In this document: positions 13,135 through 24,538 of the stretch, in pieces
How positions within the stretch are numbered: position 1 is the stretch's first letter
Layout: each line of letters begins with the position of its first letter
Assembly: GCA_965287045.1 (NCBI GenBank)
Contig: OZ336881.1
Coordinates: 64,666,001-64,730,000, forward strand
Direction of reading: 5' to 3'
From: Carcharhinus amblyrhynchos
Lineage: Eukaryota
DNA: 64,000 bases
The notes under the pieces: model-generated
What the model was told of the DNA's origin: nothing
The model's input: the letters and a program-made list of their open reading frames with translations, nothing else
The model's database searches: none
Position numbers and translations under genes: made by a program

Positions 13135-13283
13135 GGTGACCCTCCCAGATATTTAAAACCGGCTACTTACTCCACTCGTTTCTCTCCCTCCTTGCCTCGT
13201 CCCGCTCTTAAGTTCCCGATTTCAGATTTACACTCGAGATCAGTTTTTTAAAAAAATATTCCCCCCCTCCCCCCCGCCACCAC

Positions 13284-13301
13284 CAGCAGCAGCAGCAGCA
13301 G
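13284..13301. repeat. (CAG)6 microsatellite in the putative 5' UTR ((CUG)6 in RNA)
   Basis: Read directly; preceded by (CAC)n and a C-run. Confidence 0.9.
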
Positions 13302-13576
13302 CAACAAAAACACTATTTTTTTTACACTATCTCGCTGCCCGTCAGTGCCTGCAGCTGACAGCGGCAGACATTTTCGGACATTTTAATGACGTCTCAGGCG
13401 GACATCAAAAATTATCCCTTTCAAAAAAAACAAGAAGTGCGGGCCGAGAGAGAGATGGAAAAAAGAAACAGACGCCACGACCGCTCACTCCGTGAAAGAT
13501 GGGCGCTTGCGGAGCGGGCGGGCTCACGCAGCTAACAATCTAGCCAAAGATGGGGGAGGGGAAGAGGTTGAGATTC

Positions 13577-13605
13577 CGTGTGTGTGTGTGCGTGCGCGCG
13601 CGCGC
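13577..13605. repeat. (TG)n(CG)n alternating purine-pyrimidine tract
   Basis: CGTGTGTGTGTGTGCGTGCGCGCGCGCGC, 29 bp. Confidence 0.9.
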
Positions 13606-15329
13606 CTGTGGTGGATTTTTTTTCCCACCCCTCGCAGCACTTTGGATCGGCCCGATTTTTATTCGTCAAACATATAATTTATTTTATTTCAAATCCCGCC
13701 TCTTTTTTCATCATCGCTGGTCCTAAAGTGGTGGAGCGCCTGCGCCGATTGAAGCGGAGGGCGTGTCACTCCACTGTGACGTCACGCGGGCCGACCCCGC
13801 CCAGCCGCCTCATGTGTCCGGGGAAGCAGCTTGTGCCCAGATGTTGCCAGCATGAAGTCACCAGCAGCCAATGGCAAGCCCATGATCTCGGCTTGACCAC
13901 AGCCACTGCTCCTCTCCCTCTGTAGCCTTTCATCTGCTTCAAATCATGCATTTGCAAGAATACGTCAATTATTTTTTCTCTCCCAAGTCATTTGATTACG
14001 TATTTCAGTCATTCTTTCCCCCCCCTTCCTGCCTCACGTTTATCTCCGAGAGACTTTTGGTGACCACATGCGTGACGTACTGAGGTTTCTATTTTAGGTT
14101 GCGCTGAAGCAGCCAAGGCAACCAGCAGGGATGAGCTTTCTCTGAAAGTGAGAGTGTGTTTAACCAAAGTTGCATTGTCAACCATTTCCCAAATTTGCTC
14201 GAAATTATCCCTTTTTTTAGCGTTGGGGACTAACATTTCATTTCATTTCTTATTTAGTGAATTTGTTTTAAGGGCCCCAAAAGAATTACTTTAAAAACTA
14301 GCACATCAAACGTGAGAAACATTCTTTGTCTCAAAGCCTGTATTGAGCACTGGCTAAATGGTCGTAAAGCACAAGCCATTTCAATTCTGTCTTCACAACA
14401 TTGCTACAATAGGTACTTTATCATTGAAAGAACGGGAGTCACTTAATAGCAGAGTCTAGCTGAGCTTCTCCACAGACGGGGGTAACACAGGGTAGTTTTT
14501 TTTCAAAAATACATCTGACTCATAAAATCTGTAAAGGTATCTCACAGTACAATTTGAATGTAGCAATTCACACAAGTGAATTGTTACATCAGTTTGATTA
14601 AATCCTGTATGTAATACGAATGGATGCCTCACCCACTTACACTGCAATTTGCATTTACATTTTATTAAACATTTCCTGACATGTACAGCCCAAGGCATTT
14701 TACGCTGGTTTCAGTCCTGTGTATAATGGCAGGCGAATCCTGCCTGTTCCCCATTGAGCATTTATGGTGACAGCACCAAGCTTGAGTGTGTCCCTTAAGA
14801 CAGAGTTATGAGATAATTGTAGCCCCATGCTACTGCCAACTTTGACTAAGTCAAGACAAATTAAAAATCAAACTTCGAATATTTTTGGTCTGCACGGTCA
14901 ATCTTGTCTAAGTTGGCGAAAGTTACCATTCCTCTGTCATCAATAAAGCATGGAAAATAGCTATCAGGACACAAGACCAAATTAATGGGAACAGTTTGCA
15001 AACAAAAATTCAAGCTTTTGCATTTACTTGTCAGTTATATTCTGTCAGAAACAATCAATAAAATGTGACTCTGCAACTTTTCTATTATCAAGTCGTAGGG
15101 AGCTGACCTGGTAGGTCTCAACATCGGCTCTGGACCCCATGAAGTCTCATGGTAACAGATCAAATGTAGCCAAGAAAACCTCCTGCTGATACATCACTTG
15201 GAGTAAGTACTGAGGGTGGCAAGAACACAGAATGAACTCTGGTTGGGAGTCTTCAATATCAATCACAAAGAGTGGCTCAGTAGCACAATTATTGGCTGAG
15301 ATGACTGAGTCCTAAAGTTCATAACTGTT

Positions 15330-15780
15330 TAGTTGATATTAATGGTTCTCCCTTTCCTGGTCCTGTTCCTCTCTCCTTTAATTCTGCCATCATCGCCCGT
15401 CTCAAAAAACCAAGGCTTGACCCCAGTATAATTACAAACTACCCTCCCCTTCTCCAACCTCTCCAAAATCACTTTGTTGCTTCCCAAATCGGCCCATCTT
15501 TGTCCATTTTTCATCCCTCCAATCAGGTTTCCCTGCCACAGTACTGAAATTGCTCCTGTCAAAGTTATAAATGACATTCTATGCAACTGTGACAAATCCT
15601 TCCTTGCCTTTCTCAACCTGTCTGCAACTTTTTACTTGGTTTACCACAACAACCTCCAATGCCATTCCACTTTCATCCAGTTGGATGGGATTGAACTTGC
15701 TTGGTTCCTTTCATGACTACCAATTTATAGCCAGGATATAATTTGCTTTGTCTTCTCTTCTTGCTCTTGTGCCACTACAT
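15330..15780 (+). mobile_element. Old L2 RT fragment
   Basis: 'RFPCHSTEIAPVKVINDIL..LAFLNLSATFYLVYH..LAWFLS' corresponds to L2 'GFR..HSTETALVKV.NDIL..LLDLSAAFDTVDH'. Confidence 0.7.
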
Positions 15781-15783
15781 ACT

Positions 15784-15912
15784 GGGGGGAATTTTCCTGT
15801 CCTGCCCACCACGGGAATCATAATGAGTGGGGGGGGCAGACCATGCAAAATTCTGTTGACCTCGGGCGGGTTTCTCATGTCTTGGGGCAAGCACGGCCAG
15901 AAAATCCTGCCC
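15784..15912. mobile_element. Harbinger-type MITE (~130 bp)
   Basis: Imperfect TIRs GGGGGGAATTTTC / GAAAATCCTGCCC. Same family as 36981-37106, 37860-37972, 42265-42397 and 62119-62244. Confidence 0.75.
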
Positions 15913-16016
15913 ATTAACTCTGTTTCTCTCTCCACAGATGTTGCCAGGTCTGTCAAGTTTATCCAGCATTTTCTCTTTCTATTAAAGAAGAAAGCAGAAT
16001 GCTGGGAAACATAAGA

Positions 16017-16269
16017 CCAGTCTGTGTCGAGTTTGCACATTGTCCCTGTGTCTGCGTGGGTTTCCCCTGGGTTCTCTGGCTTCCTCCCACACTCCAAAGA
16101 TGTGCAGGTTAGGGTGATTGGCCATGCTAAATTGCCCCTTAGTGTCAGGGGCACTAGCAAGGATAAATGCATAGGATTGTGAGGATAGGACCCGGGTGGG
16201 ATTGGAGTCGGTGCAGACTTGAAGGGCCAAATGGCCTCCTTCTGCACTGTAGGATTCTATGGATTCTAT
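16017..16269 (+). mobile_element. 5'-truncated HE1-like SINE, CR1 tail
   Basis: V-domain body plus GGCCAAATGGCCTCCTTCTGCACTGTAGGATTCTATGGATTCTAT. Confidence 0.85.
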
Positions 16270-17249
16270 CAGTGTTGGACAGCACTGTGAGGACTCGTTA
16301 AAGGATGTGAGCTCACTTCTACAACACCAACAGGGATACTCAGGGACCAACCCATGTTAGGAATTGTGGATTCGATGGTGCAAGAGATGTTATTTTGACA
16401 GCTGAATCAACCGTTGTTGAAGATGGATGAAAAGGACAGGAGGACAACTTAAATCTATTTGGGATTGGAAGAGACAGAATGTGAATGCAAAAATCAAGAA
16501 AACCCAAAGGTGTGATAGAGGCAAGTTTTGGGTCAATGTTGAAAAATCCCCATGTCTTATGAGTGCTGGAATTGTGGGAAGAAACATTAATTCCACAAGA
16601 GAGAATTTTGTCCAGCCTTTAGGAAAATGTTCAATGAGTGCAGAAAAGAATAACTTGTTTTCAGCAAAATACTGTGGGAAAGAACAGTTGCGGTTCACTC
16701 TGCAGAATGTGCACTAGCTGCAATACTGTTAGCACATACAATCATATCTGTAGGTGTTAGGTGTAAAGTCCTGCTTCCAGAAGGGACTATCAGCATGATG
16801 GTCGTGGTTTGGGTCGGCACAGAATGGTATTCTTGCCAGCTTATTTGCAGCCTCTAACAGACATGTGCAAGATGCAGGTTGTGAAGGACTTTCCAAGGTA
16901 TTGTTCTGCACTATGTTGAGGCCGAAGGTTATGATGGTTATAGGTTCAATCTTGTTAATGCCACTGACTTTTATTATGTGGTCTGGGTTTCTCTCTTGTT
17001 GAAACTGGGCATCCCTGAGGATGTGTGGCTTCTGTGTGAAAAGTGTATGAAGTGGAAACTGATGAACAGAAACTGACCAGTGTGAATTGTTTTGTGAGCT
17101 TTCAAGAGTTTAGGGTGTATCCACTCTGGATAAACTGTCTTCTGGTCATTTCTACCCCTGCCCCCTGTGAAGAATTAGCAATGGCTCCAAATATTGCCCC
17201 TTAGCTGCTCCACCATTGTTGCCTTCTTCCTCCTCCATGTCAAATCCAT

Positions 17250-18190
17250 GAACAGGAACCTGCTCCTTCTCATCTTCCTCATCATCCTTCTCCTCAGATG
17301 ATGTAACTATGCATCCAGCCTCTTCCCCTCCTTTGTACACCCCACGGTGTGCCATATTGTAAAGCATGCAGCTCACCACTACTATTAAATACACCCTTGC
17401 AGGGGAATACAGTAAAGCTTCCCCTGAATGACCAAATCACCTGAAGCATATTTTGAGATTGCCAGTAACCTCCTCTTTTGGCTGTTGTTATCGTGCTGTT
17501 TGGGCTCCATTTATGTCCACCCAAAGGGGGTTTATTAGCCTTGTTCACCAAAAGCTAACCGTGGACCTGTGTCAGTGTGTGAAAAATACTGACGCAGCTG
17601 GGAATTCCTCAGAATAAATGAGTTGTGGCAGTTTGGATTATAGCGTGCAGAGACATGCAGGAACACCTTGCTGTGGGCACACACTACCTGCACATTCAAG
17701 GAGTAGATGCATTTTGTGTTCACAAAGATGTCAGGTTGATGAGTTGCTGTCCTTATGGTGATGTGGGTGCAGTCAAAATCATAGCTCTCTGTGTCTGAGA
17801 TGCCATATCCGTCAGAAAGGCAGTGTAGACACCTCTTCCCCCCACCCTCTTCCCAGCTGAGCAAAGAGGGCATTAATGAATGCCTTGTTGCTGTGAGATT
17901 CGGCAGGTATAATTTGCTGAGCCCTGGAAAGAGTTGGTAGAGAAACATTCAGAGCCGCAATGGCCTTGAGAGTCACTGACAGGTCATGAGGATCGATGAC
18001 TGTGGTTCAAGATCTTGCTGGACCACAGCACATATGTAGGTGACCAATTTCTGGCTTAATCTGTATTGGTTCACAGCCATCTGGAGCTTTGACCTCCGCA
18101 ATTGATAGATCCGTACCTCAAGGTAAAGCCTGACTGTCCTCCTCCTTCTTCTCCTCCTCCCTGATGTGTGCTGCAATGCCTTTAGCATCT
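17250..18190 (-). pseudogene. Decayed PIF/Harbinger (HARBI1-like) DDE transposase
   Basis: Frameshifted pieces: 'RRRRR..RIYQLRRS..RLSQKLVTYIC', 'PVTLKAIAALN..SFQGS', 'FDCTHITIR..FVNTKCIYSLNVQVVCAH..VSARYNPNCHNSFILRNSQL', 'FGEQG' (for LGDKG), 'IVVVSCMLYNMA'. TIR-like AAAATCCAGACC at ~18802-18813. Confidence 0.85.
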
Positions 18191-19029
18191 TGCCTGGCCT
18201 TCTCCCCTGGCCTCACACTAAATACGCTCATGTTCCCCTATCACATGAATACACAAAGATGCTATCCCATTTTGCAGCCTCTTTGCCATAATGTACACTG
18301 GTACCTTCTCTGGCACACTCTCCTTCCTGCCACCTGGTGCCCCAGTCAAGAGAGGCAAAACTATCCGCTCTTCTTAGGCCACTGGCACCACTGTCCAACT
18401 CCCTTGGGTGTCAACCTTGTGTCTGCAATTTAATTAGTGGATCTTCTAAGGCACTTGCTTACATTTTTTAAAGCTATCCAAAAGGGTATCCTATCTCTCC
18501 AAAGAACTCCAATAAGTTTAGACCTTCATTTTAAATGTGTAAAACCCATGAGTCATCTTTGTGAAACCTGAATGACAAAAATGGCACCCAACTGAACACA
18601 GCTCCACATTTATATGTGTGGCTGCCTCCATTAATCATCATGTCCAAAGTACAACGAACCCCCCCCCCCCCCCCACCCCGGCCCGCCCACCCACCTCCCT
18701 GTTCGCCCTGTGACAAGAATGTTGAGTGCCAGTTTTGGGGAGCAACACTTTTGGATTTGGGGCTCTGGTGCCATTTTAGTTAAGGCAGTTCCATGCACAT
18801 AAAAATCCAGACCTGTATTTTTTTCATATTTTGAGGGAAAAATTGTGTCAGGTTGTAAGGTTTGCTATAGGTCCATGAAATCTGAATAATCAACCTGGAA
18901 TTTGTCATGTGTCTTGTCGAGCGAAGCCTTTATGTTTTCTCTCATGCATGTATGGGAAAGTTAGCAGCAAGACACTTGCAATTCTTGAAAATGCTGGAAA
19001 TATTTCTTATTTTACGTGCGCAAGTAAGA

Positions 19030-19132
19030 GGCGGGATTCTCTGTTCACGTCTATGACTGACCCTGGGAGTGGAGAATTTGGCATTCCAGCAAAAACTCCA
19101 TTCACTTTCAGTAGCACAGGAGAATCCCAGCC
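19030..19132. mobile_element. Short Harbinger-type MITE (second subfamily)
   Basis: TIRs GGCGGGATTCTC / GAGAATCCCAGCC. Internal CCATTCACT..CAGT shared with 38478-38612. Confidence 0.7.
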
Positions 19133-19274
19133 ATAAATGAGAATGGAGGTTTTCAGCAAAAATGTTCTTACTCTTTATGGTAACTCACTGCTATGCTTAT
19201 TACTTAAAGAGGTATAGATGCACTTGCCATCTTCCACCATTCATAAACATCTAAAACTCTGTGGCATATGCAGT

Positions 19275-19593
19275 GGGCACGGTGGCACAGTGGTTAGCAC
19301 TGCTGCCGCACAGTGCCAGGGACTCAGGTTCAATTCCTGGCTTTGGTCACTGTCTGCATGGAGTTTGCACATTCTCCCTGTGTCTATGTGCGTTTCTTCT
19401 GGGTAATTTGGTTTCTTCCCACATTCCAAAGACGTGCGGGTTAGGTGGGCTGACTATGCTAATTTGTCCCTTAATGTTAGGGGGACTAGCTAGGGTAAAT
19501 TAATGGGGTTGTGGGGATAGATTCTGGATGGGATTATAGAATTGATGGGCAGAATGGCATCCTTCTGCACTGCAGGATTCTATGACTCTATGA
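19275..19593 (+). mobile_element. HE1-like V-SINE, CR1 tail
   Basis: GGGCACGGTGGCACAGTGGTTAGCACTG head; tail GGATTCTATGACTCTATGA. Confidence 0.92.
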
Positions 19594-19762
19594 CCTAACT
19601 TAAACCAGGTCCTATTTCCCCATGACCTTTGCTCGTTGAATTTAATTTGCAATTCTCTCTACGTTTAAATTACTCCATAATTTCAGGCTTTGCTATCCCT
19701 GCAACCTCCTCTAGCCCTAGAACCCTTTGAGAACTTCCTTCACCCTATAACCGTGCTATCGG

Positions 19763-20136
19763 CTTTTTTTTATTTATTCATGAGGCATAGCTTGCCCATC
19801 CCTAGTTGCCTGAGGGTAGTTGAGAGTCAACAACATTGCTGTGGCTCTTGAGTCACATGTAGGCCAGCCCAGGTAATGACGACAGATTTCCTTCTAAAGG
19901 AAAGGACATGGCAATTAATGACAGCAGATTTCCCCCTAAAGGGCATTAGTGAACGAGATGGGTTTTTCCGACAATTGACAATGGTTTTATGGTCATCAGT
20001 AGATTCTTAATTCCAGATTTTTTTTATTGAATTCCACCACCTGTCATCGTGGGATTTGAACTCAAGTTCCCAGAACCATGAGCTGGGTTTCTGAATTAAT
20101 AGTCTGAGGATAATACCACTAGGCCACCACCTCTCC
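19763..20136 (-). mobile_element. tRNA-derived SINE sharing the LINE-B 3' tail
   Basis: Minus strand: A-box-like GGTGGCCTAGTGG, B box GAGTTCAAATCCC, tail GGCAACTAGGGATGGGCAA matching LINE-B ends. Partial second copy at ~20500-20625. Confidence 0.7.
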
Positions 20137-21105
20137 AGAGTTAAGGCACTAGAATTCTAAGGCACTGTCTAGACTTTATGCATGAGAATTCATCCCATCC
20201 TCTCTCTTCCTTTAGCACACTCTTTAATCGACTTTCTAAGTCTTCTATCCTGATATCTCCTTCTTTGAGTTGATGTCAGTTTATACATTACTGCAAAGCA
20301 AGTTAAAGGCAAGTTATTAGTTGAAAGAGCCAAAGAATGCAGTGACATTGGCATGGTTACATCATTTGAACATCACTCAGGGATCAGATTGTGCTATTAC
20401 CCCACAAAACAACAGCATGAAATGCTTTGGAGAGGTGGTCCCTCATCACCTTAAAGTATAAAATGAGTTTACACAATACCTTAAAAGCTGGATTTTTAAG
20501 TAACTTCTATGGTTTCCTTCCCTAAAGTTCACGAGTGAGCCAAATGAGTTTTTCAAACTATCAGCAACGGTCATCAGTAGATTCTTAATTCAAGATATTT
20601 TTTATTGAATTCAAATTTCATAGGCTCATTAGAAAAATAAGTAGAATTTTTACATTTCTTTTGAAAAAATGCCAATCCCATATTTGCTCTCAAAGTATTC
20701 AAAATTTGCCATTTAGGTTCAAAGCTGTGTTCGTACATGCAAGCACATGTGCACAGCTCTCTCCTGGCCATGGGGATGACTTTTCTGTCAGGCAATATCG
20801 ATCAATTGTTGCTAGCTGAAAATTAATTTTGGAGTTACTGGTCTCTGACTTAGCACTGTATAACTTCATCCTTGCAGATGTTATTCATCTGTTTCCAAAT
20901 TTCTCAAGAACTTTTATTATCGTGTCAGTGCACATAAAAGCTATTAAAACAGGCTTGCTAATAAAATTTAATGAGTTCTTTCAATAACTCAGATCTTATA
21001 TCCTGTATGCATAATCATTTCCTGTGCTTGAAATAAGGAAACAGGTTATATCCCTAAACAAGCTATTGGAACATTTTACAGCTTAACAAAAATTTTCTTT
21101 CACAT

Positions 21106-21870
21106 ATCGGTCTTTTCTCCTTAGGGAGATGAAGGATGAGAGGTGACCTAATAGAGGTGTATAAGATGTTAAGAGGTATTGATCAAGTGGATTATCAGAG
21201 GCTTTTTCCCAGGGCTGAAATGGCTGCCACAAGAGCACACAGGTTTAGGGTGCTGGGGAGTGGGTACAGAGGAGATGTCAGGGGTAAGTTTTTCACTCAG
21301 AGGGTGGTGGGTGCATGGAATTGGCTGCCGGCGGTGGTGGTGGAGGCGGATTTGATAGGGTCTTTTAAGAGACTTTTGGATAAGTACATGGAACTTAGTA
21401 AGATAGAGGGTTATAGATAAGCCGAGAAGGTAGGGCAAGTTCGGCACAACTTGCCCTACCAACTTGTGGACAAAGGGCCTGTTTGTGCTGTAGCTTTTCT
21501 ATGTTCAATGTGAATTAGGATTATGAGGTGCCTAGATAGAGGATAGTAAGGATCTATTTCCCTGAGCAGAGGGATCTATAACCAGGGAGGATAGATTTAA
21601 AGTAGTTTGTAGAAGGACTGAAGGGGAGCTGAAAAGAAATTCTCACTCCTAGAGGATAGTAGAGCTCTAGAACCCACTATCTGAAAGGGTGATAGAGGTA
21701 GAAACCTTCAATTGAATTTAAAAAGTACTTGGATTTTCACTTGGAAGTGCTGTAACCTAGAAGGCTACAGGCCAAGAGCTGGAAAGTGGGATTAGGCTAG
21801 ATAGCTTATTTTTAGTGGGAACAGGCGGAATGGGCAAATTGCTTCCTTCTGTGCTATAAATTTTAATAAA
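21106..21870 (+). mobile_element. Two tandem CR1 3' fragments (younger 21106-21510, older 21512-21870)
   Basis: ORF 21136..21420 'RGDLIEVYKML..TRAHRFRV..FFTQRVVGAWN' followed by a CR1 tail; second degraded copy follows. Confidence 0.85.
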
Positions 21871-22288
21871 TCTATTACTCTTAGAACTTAGCATCACACA
21901 GTATGTGAAACCAGAGAAGTCTGTAATTTAAACCACAAATCAAATTTTACATTTTAAGCAATAAAACAAAAATACTAATAAAAGATTCTAAAATTGTCCC
22001 TGCTACAGGGGCAAATCAAATGTTAGCGATAAATGGTCAGGTATGAGTAGAGTTTGAATCCATTTTCAGAACTGTCGATCAAGTGCAAATTGTGACAGGG
22101 TGTTTAGGCAGAGCACTCTGTCCAGTGAAGGCTTTATTGGTATGAATCAACCCCAACACTAGGGAAGACTTGTCTTGCCTGTTGGCCTCCAGCACTTTTA
22201 AAAATCTGTGAATGTGGTCACTTGGAGACGAGGGCTAATAAAATTCCATCAGATCTGGAAGTTGGTTGCTACAACTTTTACAAATATA

Positions 22289-23110
22289 GGGGGCAATTCT
22301 CCAGCCCCTTGCACACAGGTGCAAATGTGTTATGGCCAGAGATTCTTGCCCTTCGGCAAAACAATCATCAGCAATGGCCAAGGAAGTTAAGGCTCTGCCA
22401 AGATTTGAACTTAGGTCGCTGGATTCAAAGTCCAGAGTGCTCACCATTACACCACGGAACTCAGGAGTCAGAGAGGCCATAATGTGATTTGCTCCGGAGA
22501 GAACTTCCAGTCGGTGATGTAATCAAATTCATTCACCCGCCAGCGAAATGGGAAGCCAGTGGAATCACTACTAGGCTCCACAAACTGTGACCAGGTGTGA
22601 TGACCATGCCAGGGGGCTCAGACGCCACTGCAGCCTCCTGATGGTCCACAAATGGCTGGGCAGTGCCCTGCACTACTGCCCAGCACCTTACATTGCCAGG
22701 TTGACATTGCTAAGGAGCAGAGCATGAGGAGAATCCGAAGGGGAGCATTTGACGACCCCATAGTGGGATTTTCCTCACTAGCTAGCAGCAGAGATTGAAG
22801 GGGGGAGGGGAGCACAGATGGCGGCGAATGCAGGAGTGAGGGGTTTGTCAGCAAGTAGGGGGAGCCAGTAGCGTTGGCTGGAGATTGTGGCACTGTTTAA
22901 ATACGGTACCCCAACCTTCTCTGAGGAGCTGGCCTTGCCAGCATCAATAAGGCCCACACATCTCTTTCACTAGTGCCCACCCACCTGCCCCCACACCTAC
23001 CCGTCTGCTAGAATTCCAGACAGATCAGTGATAGGTGGGAAATCAACTATTTCATGATAAACCCTGTTTTTTTGAGGAAATTGTGATAAGTCCCAAGATT
23101 ATAATCAGAA
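22289..23110. mobile_element. Non-autonomous Harbinger-like element (GC-rich, partial)
   Basis: Begins with TIR-like GGGGGCAATTCTCC. Right boundary uncertain. Confidence 0.45.
22390..22461 (-). tRNA. tRNA-Gln(TTG)-like gene, probably a pseudogene
   Basis: AGTTCCGTGGTGTAATGGTGAGCACTCTGGACTTTGAATCCAGCGACCTAAGTTCAAATCTTGGCAGAGCCT (72 nt), close to vertebrate tRNA-Gln. Anticodon TTG at 22426-22428; D, anticodon and T arms pair. Two acceptor-stem mismatches and no oligo-T terminator. Confidence 0.85.
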
Positions 23111-24538
23111 GATTATCACCTTAACTTTGCAGAAACTTTAGTAAATTTCAAAAATCAAGAGTATTATAAATAGTTCTGCAGAAAAACTTTATTCTATCAG
23201 CTTTGGAGATCACGGGAGTGATTCTCCCAAAAAAAAATCTGACTGTCGAATTCGTGTAAAGCTTTTTTTTCAGCAAGAGTTTCAAAATGAATCTCCCACA
23301 CTCTTGTGCACTGCAGAGTGCCTCAGTGTAAATCTCATGAAAATTCAGTGGAGAAGCCAGCAGCATAGTGCTGAGCAGCCACTGCGCAATGCGCCAATCT
23401 GTCAGCACCGAGATCAGTGTGTGCCCTACACTGCAGGCCTCCCAGACGTGTCCAGGTCAGCCCCAAACCCCTCCAATCCCCTGGCTCCCCAAACTCACCC
23501 CCCGCACACACCCCCCACTCCCCACCCCCCAACCCATCACAGCCCTTATCTCCCATGTCTTCTCTGGCCGACCCCAAAACACTATCTGCATATGCAACAT
23601 GCCCAACATGCCCCCACCTATGCAAAGCCAACAAAAGGGAAAGAAAAAGGCTGAGAATCGAAAAATGTAAGAGAAAAGAAATCCAAAGTCGCTGCTCTCC
23701 TGGACAGGAAATGCAAGAATGGACAGACTCTATCTGCAGGTAGCCACAGACTTGAGATGAACGAGAGTCAAAGGAACCCCAGCTGGACCTGGATTCAACC
23801 TTCTACATCCACACAGAAATAACAATTTTCTGATGGTGTCCTGGGTACCGTCCGCAGATTGTTATAGTTTCACCTGAAACAATGGGGGTAATCTGGCACA
23901 CATTGAAACCTATTAGGTTGGGCAAACAAATCCACTCTGAAAAAGATAAACCCCTAAAACAAAAAATATAGATCTGCAACTTCTCAAGGAACCTAAAAAT
24001 AGAGGACATGGTGGCCACATGGGGACTCACTATAAGTAACAGACAAGTCTAGGAAAAATGCAAATCTTTAAGCGTTCAATCACCTGAAACAACAAGAGAA
24101 TCCTGGATGGCTCACTACAACTAACATAAGGACCCTCACTTAAAAATGCAAACTTCTCGACTCCGTGGATCATCTTGAACAATGGAAGGTACCCTGGCCA
24201 CAGGGGGACACGCCATGACTGGTGAAGGAAACTCCCCCAAGAAGGGCAACCACAAACTCCCCCCCCCCACCCCCCAGATCACTTTAAAATAGTATAAAGG
24301 ACCCTGAACAAAGGGAAACTCGTCATAACTAGCAAAGAGATCCTGCCTAAAATCATAAACCTCTAGCCATCCACTTTCTTTCTTCCCCGAACACAGACTT
24401 CAAAATACTCAATCTTTAATCTAAATGCTCCCTCTCAAAAATAATCCGAATCCTTCACCGTCCCCCCCACCCGCCCCGGCTCCATTGGACAATAAAACCA
24501 CAAAACACCAACATATATGGGACACAATATGTTTGGTA

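Larger units (their letters stand above)
12750..14110. promoter_or_regulatory. CpG-island promoter
   Basis: Repeat-free, GC- and CpG-rich against CpG-depleted flanks. Full CRE GTGACGTCAC 13776-13785, GC box 13795-13802, CCAAT 13868-13872, (GC)n NRF1-like run ~13590-13605, tandem GACATTTT motifs 13367-13384. Confidence 0.88.

Noticed and set aside
12906-14236. ORFs across the CpG island
   Set aside because: Low-complexity translations typical of GC-rich promoter DNA.
23304-23743. Overlapping ~100-aa ORFs
   Set aside because: Arise from C-rich low-complexity repeat sequence.
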